Shown: one piece after another, positions 1-11,669 of the stretch
Numbering within the stretch: the stretch's first letter is position 1
Layout: the number at the start of each line of letters is the position of its first letter
Assembly (NCBI GenBank): GCA_024704765.1
Contig: JAKMXF010000066.1
Span: 751,854 to 815,853 of the forward strand
Source: Oopsacas minuta
Taxonomy: Eukaryota > Animalia > Porifera
DNA length: 64,000 bases
Direction: 5' to 3'
Translations under genes and position numbers: made by a program
Notes under the pieces: model-generated
The model's database searches: none
Seen by the model: only the letters and a program-made list of their open reading frames with translations
Told to the model about the DNA's origin: nothing

Positions 1-125
1 CGGAAATCTAATATAAGATAATTACTTATCTAGCATTACATTTTACATTTACTGTATCTATGATAAAGTATCTGGGACGAGGTGTTGTGTTTTTATAGAG
101 CTAGTGTGATTTGATTTCCCTTTAG

Positions 126-947
126 GAGAGAGAATCCAAACGGATGCAAGACAAAGAAAAAGAGAGGGAACGAATTGCCAAAGAGAAACTTGAAAGGGAA
201 AAAAATAAACATGTTGATAGCGATGAAGGGAAAACAAAATCTAAGAAGTCATCGTCACCTCGTAGAGAGGATCGTAAAAGGAGAGATTCATACGAGAGGG
301 ACAATAAATCCAATAGATCACGGAGAAGTCGTGAGAGAGAAAAGGAAAGGGATAAAGAGAGGGAAAGAGATAAAGAAAGGGAAAGAGAAAGGGAAAGGGA
401 GAGAAAGGAACGTGAGAGAGAGAGGGAGAGAGAGAAGGAGAGATTAAAACAGAGGGAGAGAAGGATTAGATCACTCAGTCGTAGCAGAAGGAGATCACGA
501 TCTATAACCAGTTCTGATAGGTTAGTTAATCATGTACAGCGCATAGCAACAAGTTTGGATGAGTGGAATTCTATTTTATTCATTTTATTGAAATTTAGTT
601 CATTTCTAATTCTTCCCAGGGGCCAGGAGAGAAGACGATTGGTTGATAAAGATGAGGACAGTGAAAAACGGAAGTTTGAAAAAAGACAGAAAGAGAGAAA
701 ATTAACTTTTGAAAAAGTAATTTTGGTGCGATTTTTACAAAAAATGTATGTTTAATCCTGATTATATTTTAGGCATTAAAAAGTTGGGATTCAAGAGAAA
801 GAAAGAAAATTCGAGATTTTCATAAAAGAAGGGAAGATGAAGCAGCAGAAAATGAGGAATTGGTAAGTAGTGGCGTGTAGGAACCGTTATGATCGACTCT
901 ATCTGATAATTTGTCTCCGTCCCTCTTGGAATGTTTCGATGGTTAAG

Positions 948-1023
<76 letters not shown>

Positions 1024-4000
1024 GTGTGTTTTGTTGTCTATCTTAGCTGTAGTGATGAAATTTACCTGGAGTTTGTGTCAGGTTTACTCCTGTGTGTAGT
1101 CCGGATGTCTAACTACCTCATTGTCGTTGGATTAGGTCTTTGGAGTAGATATCTACTTGCTGGATATGAGTTAGATAGTAGAATTGAAATAATTTTAATT
1201 TTTTCTCTTATTTTAGAAAAGAGAGTCTAAGAAATTAGCTAAATTCTTAGCTGACTATGATGACGAACATGATGACCCAAAATATTATAAGTGAGCTTTT
1301 ACAATGTATGCTGGTTATAAGAACACCCTTGGGAGTAGCAATACATGTTCTCATAACCTGTATCAAATATGCAGGAATATATGAGGACCATGGTGTTCAT
1401 GTCCGGCAATGTTCTTATAACCAGCATCTGTTCTATCAGATAGATAGATTGATTTTTTTAACTTATCACCTTTTAGAGGAGGAAATTACGCTCGTAGAAG
1501 GAGAGATCGGGCCATTGAGAGTCAGGAAGATTCAGAAGATAGAGGCAGAGAGAAAACTGAAATAAATGAGATGAAAGATTTACAAATTAATGACATTTCC
1601 TATTCCAGGGATTCTATATCAATGTCTCAATCAGATTCTAATCCAATGGGATCTGTAAGTATACTGTATTGCTATAAATGGTTTTCATATGACTAATTCT
1701 TATGGATATATTCATACAGGACTCAGATGGGAGAGATTCTAGCCCTGACCATTTGAGTGACAAGGAAGAGGCAATACCATTAGAGAAACCCTCTCAAACT
1801 CAATTCTATTTCTCTTCTCATCATTCTAATTCTAATTCTAATACAGCTCAAACCTTTATGAAACATGAAGCTAAACAGGATATTCTTGTTCCTCCGGTAA
1901 ATATGTCTGTTTGCAATATAAATACAGTCAACTCCCGTTATGCCAAACATGGATATATCGAAGTCTATAATTGTACAAACATAGTCCCTTACCGTCAAAG
2001 TAACATATTTCATTCGTAATATCGAGGTGATTATCACTGTCCCTTCAGCTTAGATATAACCGAAGTTGATTGTATATTAATACGCAATATACATAGTGTT
2101 ACAAATTTGCTATATTTAGATAAAGAAAGAACACAACTTAGAGGATGTGAGACAATCCCTCCCCCCATCTGTCCTACTCACCCTCAACAAACCCCTGACA
2201 CATGAATACCCTGATCCTCACTCTACAGATCACGCAGATATAAAGCCTCAACAAATACTACAGAACTTTACCCCCGGGAAATTAACATTCGATCTCATCG
2301 CTCCGAATAAACTCAAGCTAGAGCCTAAACCTACTGACTCCGGTCGTAAACGAGCTGTCGATATTGCATTCAGTCTAGACGATGAACCTGACACTGAGAT
2401 AGTTCCAGTTTCAAAGTTCCCCAAACAAATCCCTCCCGAAATCCAGATGGATATGAGCTTCCCACCTCCTCTCTCCTCTGACAGTGGTATTGGTAGAATT
2501 CTAAACGAAGAAGATAAGAAGAAACAGACTAAGAAATTAATCAGCAGTATACCTACAAGTAAAGAGGAAGTATTCAAATATGATCTTTGTTGGAATATGA
2601 TTGATAAAGTTAGTTATTTATTTTGCGGACATCTGAGGACCGAATACTCTCTATCCCAGCGCTTCCCAATCCTTTTCACTCGTGTACCCCCTCCCATAGA
2701 CTGCCATCAAATTTTGAGTTATGGATTGGGAACCGCTGCTTGGGTATTAACTGAAGTAATAGGGTATGCATTTCGCCATCTATGACCCGTATTTATGTCC
2801 TTCCAGGAGATTAAATTTTGTGTGCTACTTTAGGCAATGATGGATAAACGGATTCGTCCTTGGATTAATAGGAAGATTGTTGACTATATTGGCGAGGAGG
2901 AACAAGCTTTAGTGGACTTCATCATAGAAAAGGTGTGAATTATTAATTATATGAATATACATTAAACTTTCTTTATAACGAAGTGCTCATGATCTTTGTT
3001 TAAAATCATTTACAGTATACTCAGCTTGATAGGGTCACATCGAGATCAGGGTATTTTGACCTGATTAACCGTTGGTCTATTAAGCTGGCTCTACTATACT
3101 TCCAAGCTATAGGGGGTAAAGAATCACTTCGTTAAAACGGGAGCTTCGTTATATCCGAGTTATAACGAGAATTTCCCTAAATTTTCTATGAGTATTATGA
3201 GGGGGTAGAAGTTTGAAAATATCCATATTTCTATTTCTACCTTCTGTAATATATTCTACTAGTAGAAAAGTGCTGATAGCTAATTACTAATATTACATGC
3301 AAATATTCTACTCAGATTGCTTATGTAAATTTATCTTATAGCTACAAGAAAAATGTTCTGCATCATCTCTACTACAAGATATCGTGATGGTTAGTTCTCT
3401 AGCAAGCATGTTTTGTGAATTATGCATAGTTTTATCATTTCCGTCATAATGTTGTTAAGTGGTATTTAGTTCTTCTATCCTAACAACAAATAATATTAAT
3501 TCCCGTAAGCCAATCAATTTCAATCTCAGATATGTAGGTAATAAGAACCAATGAAAACCATTATGTAACTTAACTAATTGAATGTCAGCCTAACTAAACC
3601 CTCAAATCTGATAGGTCAAAGCATTTGACATCCATCTCAGTGAGTTGTTCAGATATCGCAACACAAATGCCAAATGCCAAGTTTGTGGCTCTTACCAGTT
3701 TCTCAATCATTTTGGGCAAAACCATTGAAAATTGGAGTTCAGTTAACTTCCGGTATATCTAAGCTCAAGTGACCGTGATAATTACTTCGATATAACCGAT
3801 GATATATGTGTTACTTTGATGGTTTGGGACCATATTTGTATGATTACAGACTTCAATATAAGCGATTTCGTTATATACGTGTTCGATATAAATGCGAGTT
3901 AACTCCAATAGTATATATGATTCATATATTTGCTCTTTTAGGTCCTAGACGAAGATGCGGAGATGTTTGTTGTGAAAATGTGGCGATTAATGATCTACGA

Positions 4001-4037
4001 ATCAGAGGCTAGAAAATTGGGGATTTGCAAGTACTAG
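126..4037 (+). CDS. RBM25: RNA-binding protein 25 (RBM25/Snu71-like splicing factor), 3' part; the N-terminal RRM lies upstream of the window. Exons approx. 126-520, 620-716, 773-862, 1217-1290, 1477-1654, 1720-1896, 2120-2608, 2834-2932, 3342-3389, 3942-4037
   Basis: RE/RD-rich charged region, then LKSWDSRERKK and FLADYDDEHDDPKYY motifs, then a C-terminal PWI domain (IRPWINRKIVDYIGEEEQALVDFIIEK...VLDEDAEMFVVKMWRLMIYE). GT-AG junctions keep the frame to TAG at 4035-4037. Confidence 0.92.
947..1022. repeat. (GT)n microsatellite in an RBM25 intron
   Basis: About 76 bp of near-perfect GT dinucleotide; it produces the spurious VCVCVC ORF at 931-1230. Confidence 0.97.
1307..1430. mobile_element. 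MITE family B (terminal inverted repeat gtatgctggttataagaac...gttcttataaccagcat); further copies at ~11515-11605 (inverted) and ~14939-15063
   Basis: Inverted termini within the copy, and the same internal sequence recurs in three different introns/intergenic sites. Confidence 0.7.
1925..2073. mobile_element. MITE family A (Tc1/mariner-pogo-like; TIR cagtcaactcccgttat...ataacggagttgactg, TA-flanked)
   Basis: TA-CAGTCAACTCCCGTTAT at the left end and a complementary right end. Related copies at ~3740-3905, ~6782-6920, ~8530-8617, 12558-12713, 14191-14373, ~15944-15990, ~40255-40375 and ~58678-58825. Confidence 0.75.
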
Positions 4038-4859
4038 AATTGGTGATCTCTCGTCTCTACCATTATTTTAGGTTGTTATAATTAACAATTGACTCACAAA
4101 TTGGATTATTGAATTATTAAATGAATTACTGTTAAAGGTTCTGGAAGCAATATTTAGGATAATTAATACTTATTTACAAGAGTTTATTTACTGTTAACTT
4201 AATGGGGTTTGTTGTTTTGAGATTCTTCATAAAATCACATGTCTTTGAGATTGTTGAAACGAACTTGCCAAATTTCAATGCCTTTCTCTAACATAATGAA
4301 AGATCTCATTTTCTATCTTTTAGATATTTTATTATAATAAATGTAATATACTTCATTGGTGTTATAATTATATTAAACTATTGATTTCAGTGGAACCTGA
4401 ATTCTGGTTAAGCAATTGAACTGATTTTGCCTTGGACGAGTTGTAGTTGGCATGAATGTATTTTCAAGTTAGTAGTGTACAGCTTTTAACCACGGGGGTA
4501 GGGCGAACTGGTGCATTCTCCTCGGATTTATACATCCTGGTCCCTGATCTTCCAACGCCTCCTCAGTTGGTTAGTTGGAAATTGTTTCAGCTCCAATTCT
4601 CGTTATAACACCACTGCGTGTTTGTATTCCATTTGACGAATTTCTGCACATGGAAACCAGTACTAAAGGTTCCACTAACATTAAAGATGTGTATTATATG
4701 ATATTATTATTATTATGTTATTGTATGGGAAGAACTCTTGATGTTAATCTACAACTACAAATTACAGACCCTGCCTAAAAGATAGCTAAGAAGGTCTATT
4801 TATTTTTATTATTTGTATTTACTTATTTCTACTGATAACAAGGTAAGAGAGTATTAATA

Positions 4860-4985
4860 AGGTAGACTCCGGTTAATAGGGGGCACTTGGCCAGAAACAG
4901 AGCCATAATAGTGGTAAATTACTCCAGTTAATCGGGTCAAATGGCCTCTGGTTCCGATGTGACCCTATTAAGCTGAGTCTACTGT
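4860..4985. mobile_element. MITE family C (TIR gtagactccggttaatagg...cctattaagctgagtctactgta); related copy at ~3013-3100
   Basis: Inverted termini and a TA flank, with a similar element in an RBM25 intron. Confidence 0.6.
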
Positions 4986-5681
4986 ATTCAAATTTATCAT
5001 TTCACCATTTGGTATTATTAAGCAAACAAATCAATTGAGTTTAATATATAAACTATGTGTACTATTCCACAAGAAGGTAGTTAATGTAACCTTAATACTA
5101 ATCTTCGTAACATTTTGTATTTAAGCAAAACCACATCGAATTTCTATACTTACTAATTAATACACTAACTTACTACGAAACTCATTAATATTTGTGATAT
5201 TACGTATGGAATTCCTGTTTTTAGTCTAATAGTCCGCCAAATGTCTCAATCAATACTACTTGCTATGGTTGTCATGGCCAAATGCGCTATACTTTTGTAC
5301 TCACGATATAGGAATTTCGTACTCAGAGGTGTATATTACCTCAATTCTAGATATTAATTAACCGGAATTACTTATATTTCCTATATGGCTAATATTATAG
5401 GCGCCAAGCCCGCCTGGGCTTAGAGCTAATGCAAAATATGTGTGAGTCCTCCTGGATCGTTCAAATTGTTAGAAAGTTCGGCGCCTCTGGTTGGAATGCC
5501 TATCGGAGACTTTGATTGGTTTAGGAAAATGTTTATTGGAAAATAACTGAATTCCTTCTCACCCGAACCGTTGCTAACCCTTAGGAACTAATTCAATTAT
5601 AAATAATGCTATGCATATTAATACAAATATACAAATCAATACTCTAATATTTCTAAACAAGTTCTAACAGAAACAATACAT

Positions 5682-8600
5682 CTATTGAATTGGGACTTTG
5701 AGGGTGTTTACAGACAGTAAATTAGTTACTGTACCAATTCCCTTGGTTGTACCCTCTCTGAATAGTATCTTAGTACCAATACTCAGGTACTCTGGATGGC
5801 GAGTAAATCTGAAATGAACTTTCTTTTGATTTCCAGGTTCTAGTATATCCTATATGAAAATATTCAGTGGAATTACATAATTTGAAACTCGGCATGTGTG
5901 TGGAATAGGGTGTGTTTTGAAACATGTCCTAAGATCTAACCGATATCTCTTAAAGTCTCTGAGATAGGTGACAAAATATCTTAACCTATTAGATTTAAGT
6001 GTTCACTCAGCACATTTTGGTATTCATTCTTAAAGGACACTTTTGCAAGCAGCACACCTTAAAAATTACAATTTGTACCGACATCATACTGTGTGAAGTT
6101 ATGCATAGTGGAAGTGTGACACTGTGGATTTAAATCGTATACGTACCGAGGTGGATATCTTCAGGTCATAAACCCTTTGGCGAAATTTCAACTCTTAGGT
6201 TTGTGCTGTAGAGCGAACACGGAAGAATAATGGGCGACTATACGTACTGAAGTATAGTCGGAATAGCCAAAATCGAAGCGTGCATTTATCAGCTATTAAT
6301 ATATCAAATACATACACATATATTACTTACATCTTCAATCTGGAATATAATAGCCTGTTGTCTAATGCTATTGATGTATACTGTCAGTCTGAACTTGGAA
6401 GTTATAAAATTTGTAGTGTGATAAATCAAATATGTGTCAGCTACAAACTCCATACAAGATAGACAATCCCTCTCTAATCCAAGACCTACCATTCCCTATA
6501 GAATTCAAGGTGTTAGTTATATATTCGCTTTATCCAGAATTCGAGTTAGTTTCATTTAATAATTTCTAGAAATATATTTGTTAGTAACTTACAATTCTAA
6601 CTGAATCTCTGTGGAGATGTTTACTTGCTATACACGCTACTTGTCCCGGTCTAACCAAGCGGCAAGCTGCTCGCTTCCTCTGAATTGTGGAAATTTGGAT
6701 CTGTTTATAGCTGCCATCCTCTGCAGGACCAACTTTCATATAGTCCCCCTCTCTGATAATACCTCTATACATATTTCATAATACAGTCTGTTATATAGAA
6801 CACGGATGTAACGGAATATCCGCTCACATCAAAGTCTAAATTTATACAAATATGGCCCCAAACCGTAATGAATATTAAGCATATTCCCGCTATATCTTAT
6901 TGATATCGGAGATTTTCCTGATATTGATATTTGTAGAACTTTGGATATTTGATAAAAATAAATAACTAACTCCTTTAAGTATCCAGACACAACAGTGCCA
7001 GTGCCTGTTACAGAATATACTTCATCAATATGGAACTCGATTGGTTCCGCTTCTCTTCTCTCCACTTCAGGTTGTGTCATTTTTGGCAGGACTAGGTTTA
7101 GGAACCTGATTATTAGATCCAAATTGTGTCCGCTTACAGCTGATACAGTGAATATTGGTGCCACGCTAAATAGAGAATCAATAAATAGATTTAGATTTCA
7201 TGGCGTGCTAGCGTGCCTCGCTTGCGACAGCTTAGTAGACAGGACCTTACCTTTTCATGCTGATCGGCTATGTACAAGTTAATTTTCCAACATATTTATG
7301 ATATAGACTTACCTAAGAGTGTATATTTTAGCTGCAGCAAGATCTGCGTCATCCTCTGTCTCAATTAAGCTCGGTTTTAAATTACATCCCATCTGTTTAA
7401 GGGTGTCCTGCAGTTGTATTATAGTTTTCCTCAGCTGTTCCTTTGAGCATACATCTACTTTATTGATTATTAGACATATGGGAACTTTCAATGCGAGTGC
7501 ATAGCTCAAATGTTCATGGAATGTGCCAACTAAATAAATAGAAGAGTTTAAGAATTTCGAACAATGAAATAGTATTAATTTCTTAAAAGAGAATTTATAG
7601 AGGTAATTAGGGGGTGTAGCTCAGTGGTAGAGCGCTCGCTTCGCATGCGAGAGGCCTCGGGTTCGATCCCCGACTCCTCCAGTTCTTTTTAACCAAATCT
7701 CTTATTCATAGTCTTCCCCTACCTCATAATACTAAATTATAATTGAGATTGAAAATTGGTCCCTAATATGATTATTAGTAATATAACCATGGATAATTGG
7801 ACTAGTTCATCTGCGATTGTTGTTCTATGTCATTTTGAGGCATTCCTCGCTTGGTTGTAAGGGCTTTTCTATAACTTATAGAGGGACTATTATTGTCACA
7901 CACTACAACTTACCAGCTCCACAAGCCGCACTAACTACTAGCATAGTTATATCAGGATGTTGTCCTGTCAATCCAAATACTGTAGTCTTCATATACTTAG
8001 GATGGCCAGCTAAATCAATAAAGGTTATAAGCTTTGAAGATGCTTGGCATATCTCTTCGGTCTTTCTCATAGTTGAATAGTTTACCATCTAAGAAATTTT
8101 ACATATTTTAAGATAATGTAATAATGGGAGCAAATATGGACCATGGATACTGAAAGGAGTACATCAATTGTACCCTATTCCAATAAATGGCCACTTTCAC
8201 ACCTCGAAACGGATACAATTGGATTCTTGCCAACCCATTTACAAGAAATCCAGGACAAATTGTCTCCGTATGTTACTCACATTTCCTCCACAATCAAAGC
8301 CTAGAATTTCCTGAGAAATGGACGAAGTTCTGCCAGACTTCATTTCATGTAAATGTCTGAACAGATCAAGTCTAGCTCTCCCTCTTCCATTATCCGTCTC
8401 TCCATGAGTGAGTACTCCCAAGAGGGTACTCTTTCCAACTTCCATATGACCTGTCACGGCTATTCGGACTTCTATGAACTATAAAACACAAATACATTCA
8501 ACTCCAATTATATGAAAATACCTGCTTATATTTGAAATTGTCAATATAAGAAATAGTTCATCGGTAATAACCAAGTAATTATCGCGGCCCCTTGAAATTC

Positions 8601-10794
8601 GATATGACCGGAGTTGATTTTCGCGAAGAGGACACTCTGATCTAAATTTTGTAATTTTGAGCATATATAATGGACTCATACTTTTCGAGAAATGGTCATG
8701 CAAAGTGGTTGAGCCACAATCAATTGTTGTCCCCGGTTAATCGGGCCAAAATGGCTTGATCCGTAACATACAACTTCCATGGGTTTCCATAGGGGTACCA
8801 AACAACCGTGTTATGTATTTGTGAATCTACATTTCTTACTTGTTGGTCATCGGGCACCTTTCTGACATGAACTTCTGCTGAAAATCTTTTCTCTCCATTT
8901 TCATAGTCCACTGTTCTTGTACGAATTATCTTAATAGTGGCATCTAATCTAATTAACATATATATTGTAATGATGATGTCTATACTTATTAATGGTTTCC
9001 AACATTCACTCAGTTATAAATGCAGAAGTTTAACAAATTTTAACAATTTTTCGTTGCGATGAATTGTCCCCTATTTTGTGGAAAATTTGTTTGTTCGTTT
9101 GTGTTTGTTATAAATGTTATTGCACAAAAGGAAGGTGCCCAAGGAACGGATGATAGCGGGTCTTGTAGTATACTTTGTATTTCAATAATTGGAGGAATTT
9201 TCGGGGTTTTTATTTTGAGCGTTCCGTTCATGTTTGCTTTATATTTCTTAACGAAAATAATATTGAAAACAATAAATAAAGCTATTCGATTAAGGAAAAT
9301 AAACACAATTCGACCAAATTTGAGTTTTATTGAGATGAATGCGTTGGAGAAAAGCAATGAGAATAAACGAAGAAAAAGCTCAACTACAATGCTGGAAATT
9401 ATTGAGGAATTACCTGAGAATGAAAGTTGAGCATTTGTATTTATTTGTATTTTGTTTATTGCTTATTTAAACGAGAGATTCATTCTATTTCTCTGACTTG
9501 TTATTGTATGTCAGCAGTTAAGCAACCGAAAATCTTTACTGTATTACCTCGAATAGTAGCGGGGGTGATTATTCATATTTTAACACCCTTGTACAGGGGA
9601 CATAATATATAATCACATACTGCGTATCATGAGTCTATTCACCAACTCCCTAACGTGATTCTGTCCCAGTTTCCAGGGTTACCTGGTTGGTATTTGGCTA
9701 CACCCCTCAGCGAGGGATGCAATCATTAAATGGGCTACTATTCGATATATTCTTAGGATTCTTACAAATACGAAGGTGCTAACACAACATAGCGACATAT
9801 AATGCCTGTTGGAATGTTATGTAGTTATACAGTTAGTTTGCAACAGGTGACCTATCATAGGTAAAAGATGTTCAGATGATTACTCTTATCTCACACCTTA
9901 TGTCATTTCCTAGAACTATCCTTTAATTATTTTTCTAGATTTTCCTGGTATTTATACGTGAGTTTAGTGCCTATTTAAACTCGAACTATGTGACCCAATT
10001 AAAACGCAGCGTTGAACTTACCTCTCTGCCATTTCTTTGAGAGTTTCCAGAGAACTGTCCAAGTCTTCCTCACTTAACCCAGCCACGTTTCCCTTGTCCT
10101 CTACCCCTATTTGGTAGATAGCTTCCCCTCTCCCTTCCCTCAGTCTCCATTTCATCTGAGTGACGAGCTGGGCTAACCGAGCAGCTGTTGGATCGATTAA
10201 CTTCAACTAAAAACAATAAATGTAAAATTTAAATACTCAAATTTGTATTTTTACAAAATACTGTTATAGTAACTGTACTTCCTTATAAGGAAATATTACA
10301 TTTTTATTGAACCATAATCATTGAGAAAATACCCATATGTACAAGAGTTAAGGATACTTGAGAGTACTTGTCGATTCGGATTCTCATTATGGATGTAAAA
10401 CTTGGAAATTTTTGTATCAGCGTTGGCATTCGGTAAGCATACAAATATTGTGTTTATTTACTGAAAGATAAACAAATTGATTTGTAAACTAATGCAATTA
10501 CATATTAACCACCCACTTGTAACTATTTCCCTCAATATTATTCTTGAATCCCCCTCCCGTATGATTGTTGATAATAACTAACCTTGTACTCAATATTTCC
10601 TTCTTCAACCTATGAGAAGACAAGTAAACAAATATACTAGTAAACAAGTAAACAATATACTAGTAAACAAAAACAAATATTACCTCAGGGGGTAGTTGAT
10701 TATTCGTTACATTCAATTTCAACTCTGAAAACGTATCTTCAATGTCCGCCACTCCATCGTCATCCCCAAACAGAAAACAAAAACTTTCATCCAT
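5682..10794 (-). CDS. GTPBP2: GTP-binding protein 2-like translational GTPase (GTPBP1/2 family). Exons approx. 10794-10684, 10609-10583, 10206-10022, 8948-8840, 8478-8281, 8088-7914, 7529-7313, 7165-6971, 6764-6593, 6495-6331, 5849-5682
   Basis: [16 protein letters not shown]; [21 protein letters not shown]; P-loop [17 protein letters not shown]; [15 protein letters not shown]; G3 DLAGH; G4 NKVD; C-terminal [12 protein letters not shown]. Splice phases are consistent. Confidence 0.92.
7610..7681 (+). tRNA. tRNA-Ala, anticodon CGC, inside a GTPBP2 intron on the opposite strand
   Basis: GGGGGTGTAGCTCAGTGGTAGAGC...CTCGC-TT-CGC-AT-GCGAG...TCGGGTTCGATCCCCGA-CTCCTCCA. Cloverleaf with the G3:U70 alanine identity pair, A and B boxes, and one U6:U67 mismatch. 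Confidence 0.93.
7686..7690 (+). terminator. RNA polymerase III terminator (T5) downstream of tRNA-Ala
   Basis: TTTTT 5 nt after the discriminator base. Confidence 0.75.
9059..9430 (+). CDS. Candidate small single-pass membrane protein (123 aa) nested antisense in a GTPBP2 intron
   Basis: ATG-to-stop ORF with a hydrophobic N-terminus, short polar spacer, TM-like stretch [27 protein letters not shown] and basic juxtamembrane tail. No homology recognised. Confidence 0.45.
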   Translation: MNCPLFCGKFVCSFVFVINVIAQKEGAQGTDDSGSCSILCISIIGGIFGVFILSVPFMFALYFLTKIILKTINKAIRLRKINTIRPNLSFIEMNALEKSNENKRRKSSTTMLEIIEELPENES

Positions 10795-11669
10795 TATAAT
10801 AATAATAAATTTGTTTTAATAAGATTGGTATTTACATGTTTGTAATTTTGGTAGCTGTTTTGCTACAATTCAAATCCAAATTGTTGTTTGAATATTATAT
10901 CATCATTTTGAAACGATTTATGGTTTTAGCCCACTTTCGCTATTTGATTCTAATTATTCTCTTATATTTATGGGTCTGTATAAAGTTCTAAAGTTCTATT
11001 TTTAGTATCGAGTATAAAACTGCTTATCCAGCAAAACCACGTTAGTAATTATTCTATTCTAATTTCGACACATAAACGTGGAGGTCAATTGCATGATTCT
11101 TAATATTACTATATTGTAGAAAGCTTAGGGAGACTTGCCAACATTTTTCATGTGTCTCTGCGTTGTCGAGGTGTGTTGACATATGATTTCTGGTTGCAGT
11201 TAATCTAGTCATCCAATCTACTCACCACATTCCTTTAATTATGTACATATACATTTATATGTGAATTGCTGACACTTCCGTGTATGAATATACTTTATGA
11301 CACCTCTATATATGAGTATGATTTCATCTGTGCGCTATTTTGAGCTGTAATTGTTGTCTTATCAATATGGCACTTGTGTATTTATCTTAGTTTATTTCAA
11401 CTTTTGAACTTTATGGAAACAATAGTCCCTCAATCTGTATTTGTATAAAGTCGAATTGGAATTAGAATTATCGTAAAAGAACTAATATACTGCTGGATAT
11501 TAGTACCATCCTCTGGAAACTGTTCTCATATATTCCTGTATATTTATACCGGTTATAAGAGCATGTATGGTTACTCACAAGGGTGTTCTTATAACCAGCA
11601 TACACTTTATTAATATTGGATAACACATGCTTCTATTAGAGCTGAATATATCAGCAAAATTATCCTAGA

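Noticed and set aside
931-1230. 99-aa ORF with poly-(VC)
   Set aside because: It is the translation of a (GT)n microsatellite inside an RBM25 intron.
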